Part shown: in pieces, positions 26,488 to 28,055 of the stretch
Layout of the letters: the number at the start of each line of letters is the position of its first letter
How positions within the stretch are numbered: position 1 is the first letter of the stretch
NCBI GenBank assembly: GCA_031270615.1
Contig: JAISXE010000082.1
Location: 1 to 28,055, forward strand
DNA: 28,055 nucleotides
Direction of reading: 5' to 3'
From: Spirochaetia bacterium
GTDB taxonomy: Bacteria > Spirochaetota > Spirochaetia > DTKZ01
Program-made: the position numbers and the translations under genes
The notes under the pieces: generated by a model
What the model saw: the letters and a program-made list of their open reading frames with translations, nothing else
What the model was told of the DNA's origin: nothing
Database searches by the model: none

Positions 26488-27042
26488 TCAAATCTTCTCG
26501 ACCTGGAGAAAGCCCACCTCAACGGGCGTTGCCCTGTTGAAGATCTCGACCGTCACCCGCAGCTTCGCCTTCTCCATATTCACCTCCTCGACCGTAGCCG
26601 GAAAGGAATCAAACGGGCCATCCACGATACGGACCTTCTCGCCCGGAGAGAAGGTCTGTTTGGGCTTGATAACCTTATCGCCCTTGATTTCCCCGGTTTT
26701 CTGCAAGATTATCCGGGCCTCTTCCGCCGATATAGGCTGGGGTTTGAAATCCGCCGACGAGCCGACAAAACCCGTTACCCCGGAAATCTTCTTGATATGG
26801 GCGCAAATCGGCTTCCAGTCCCGCTCAGGCAAATCCATCTCCAGAAGAATATAGCCGGGCAGGAATTTCTTGCTCGTGATCCTTTTCTTGCCGTCCCTCA
26901 TTTCGACAACCTGTTCCGCAGGAACCTTGATGTCGAAAATGCGTTCGGACAGACTTTCATCCGCCACCAGCCTGCGGATGGCCTTCTCTATCTTGTTTTC
27001 GTATCCCGAGTATGTATGAAGCACATACCACGCTTTTGCCAT
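26488..27042 (-). CDS. nusG: Transcription termination/antitermination factor NusG
   Basis: WYVLHTYSGYENK, KKFLPGYILLEM, GVTGFVG, KOW motif GEKVRIVDGPF. Confidence 0.98.
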   Translation of the reverse strand: MAKAWYVLHTYSGYENKIEKAIRRLVADESLSERIFDIKVPAEQVVEMRDGKKRITSKKFLPGYILLEMDLPERDWKPICAHIKKISGVTGFVGSSADFKPQPISAEEARIILQKTGEIKGDKVIKPKQTFSPGEKVRIVDGPFDSFPATVEEVNMEKAKLRVTVEIFNRATPVEVGFLQVEKI

Positions 27043-27062
27043 AGTCCCCTTCCGCTTTCAGC

Positions 27063-27242
27063 CTAAAAAAGTAAATCCAGCCCCTTAAAGAGGAGAACAT
27101 CCACAATGCCCAGCACAATCGCAAACAGCACTGTCGACACAAGAACAACGCGCGTGGACGCCGTAACCTCTTCGCGGGAAGGCCAGACGACTTTCTTCAT
27201 TTCCCCGATACTGTCCTGGACAAACTGCACCACTCTTTTCAT
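27063..27242 (-). CDS. secE: Preprotein translocase subunit SecE
   Basis: EMKKVVWPSREE motif plus a single TM segment; start ATG 27242 after a GAAGGAG RBS. Confidence 0.95.
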   Translation of the reverse strand: MKRVVQFVQDSIGEMKKVVWPSREEVTASTRVVLVSTVLFAIVLGIVDVLLFKGLDLLF

Positions 27243-27321
27243 GACCGCTCCTTCGACTCCTTTGCCGCCCCCGCGCAAGGCCCGTCCCGGCCCCCCTCCC
27301 GGGCGGATACATCACAAAATA

Positions 27322-27395
27322 CAGGCCAGGAGGGATTCGAACCCCCAACATGCGGTTTTGGAGACCGCCGCTCTGCCAATTGGAGCCACTGGCCT
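27322..27395 (-). tRNA. tRNA-Trp (CCA)
   Basis: AGGCCAG/CTGGCCT acceptor stem, anticodon arm GCGGT-CTCCAAA-ACCGC, GTTCGAATCC T-loop; CCA end not encoded. Confidence 0.97.
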
Positions 27396-27409
27396 ATAAT
27401 GCGCGCGCG

Positions 27410-27583
27410 TTATTTGATTTTTGTTTCTTTGTGAAGGGTATGTTTTCTGTCGAATTTGCAGTACTTCTTCAGTTCCAGTTTGCCCTGGGTGTTTTTCTTG
27501 TTTTTCTTGGTCGTGTAATTCTTGCGTTTACATTCCGAACATTGAAGCGCTATAAGCTCAACCGTTTTGTTTTTTCCAGCCAT
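27410..27583 (-). CDS. rpmG: 50S ribosomal protein L33
   Basis: 57 aa MAGKNK...[16 protein letters not shown]...[20 protein letters not shown]; AGGAAGGAG RBS. The ORF-track extension to 28003 is spurious. Confidence 0.97.
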   Translation of the reverse strand: MAGKNKTVELIALQCSECKRKNYTTKKNKKNTQGKLELKKYCKFDRKHTLHKETKIK

Positions 27584-27648
27584 GAAACAAACTCCTTCCT
27601 CAACTCTAACACGAGTTAAAAGTATAGTTTTTTTTCTCCCGAAGGTCA

Positions 27649-27721
27649 AGCCTCCGATCGGATTTGAACCGATGACCCCCACCTTACCATGGTGGTGCTC
27701 TACCGACTGAGCTACAGAGGC
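27649..27721 (-). tRNA. tRNA-Thr (GGT)
   Basis: GCCTCTG/CGGAGGC acceptor stem, anticodon arm CCACC-ATGGTAA-GGTGG, GGTTCAAATCC T-arm; CCA end not encoded. Confidence 0.97.
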
Positions 27722-27738
27722 AGACAAAAAACCATAGT

Positions 27739-27768
27739 ATTCTACAAAAAAAAAGAAAAACCTGTCAA
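27739..27768 (-). promoter_or_regulatory. sigma70 promoter of the tRNA-Thr...rpoBC cluster
   Basis: TTGACA (27768-27763), 18 nt, TAGAAT (27744-27739). Confidence 0.75.
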
Positions 27769-27797
27769 GCCCCCGCCCAGGGTGCGATTGGTTTTTC

Positions 27798-27903
27798 AGG
27801 GCGCATTTTTTTTCGGCCGCGGCCGAAAAAAAACCGGGCTTTCCGCTGCAATTCCTCGCCCGCCTGCTGCGGGCTGCGGGATTTCCGCTGCAATCCCTTG
27901 CGC
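27798..27903 (-). repeat. R1 (Flavo-1-like) copy 4
   Basis: Minus strand GCGCA-AGGGATTGCAGCGGAAATCC-CGCA[GCCCGC AGCAG GCGGGC]GAG-GAATTGCAGCGGAAAGCCCGG-[TTTTTTTTCGGCC GC GGCCGAAAAAAAA]-TGCGCCC. Confidence 0.88.
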
Positions 27904-27912
27904 AGAAGAAGC

Positions 27913-27942
27913 AAGAGAAACCAAACCACGGACGGCACGGAC
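27913..27942 (+). repeat. R5 motif copy
   Basis: AAGAGAAACCA (also at 3493-3503) followed by AACCACGGACGGCACGGAC (cf. 3578-3596 AACCACTGACCGCACGGAC). Confidence 0.65.
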
Positions 27943-28055
27943 CACCCGGCCCTGCAATCACGGAAATTGCGTGATTTTGCGGGGCTTCGCCCAGTGGTTG
28001 CAATCAGGAAATCGCGAAAGGCCGATAAACCGCGACCGCGATTGCAGGCAATCGC

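Noticed and set aside
27410-28003. Extended N-termini from the ORF track (rpmG to 28003, rplJ to 25428, rpoB to 24122, secE to 27278, ABC ATPase to 1744, binding protein to 3259, GH57 to 13449)
   Set aside because: The extensions overlap tRNAs, other genes or promoters; downstream starts fit family N-termini and mostly have RBSs or translational coupling.
1-28055. Intact IS, prophage, retron, DGR or toxin-antitoxin genes
   Set aside because: No transposase, integrase, reverse transcriptase, phage or TA motifs were recognised in any frame.

Overview
GC-rich spirochaete-like (Treponema-type) chromosomal window. The taxon call is inferred from gene order, the RpoB S531N-equivalent residue and AFA-GGxxE-type/lipoprotein signal peptides. 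The right half is the core cluster tRNA-Thr, rpmG, tRNA-Trp, secE, nusG, rplK, rplA, rplJ, rplL, rpoB, rpoC (all minus strand), which here is not followed by rpsL-rpsG. The left half carries: the 3' end of a DNA methyltransferase (missed by the ORF track); a three-gene ABC importer; a GntP-family permease; a FadR/GntR regulator with a TRAP transporter and a PdhR-like operator; a TPR-repeat lipoprotein co-oriented with DUF4912 and a GH57 branching enzyme; and a PerR-like regulator plus reverse rubrerythrin behind a Fur/Per box. The main unexplained signal is non-coding. Each of the six largest intergenic gaps holds modular palindromic repeats from roughly five recurring families. The best defined is a ~100-bp element with four clear copies and one degenerate copy. 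Its core resembles the Flavo-1 RNA motif (recalled from memory, not searched). It has a covarying closing stem (GCGCN...N'GCGC with N = G, A, C, A) and exchangeable hairpins. Modules nest, swap and bracket the sugar-acid transporter block, and no transposase is present in the window. No CRISPR array, prophage or intact IS was found.
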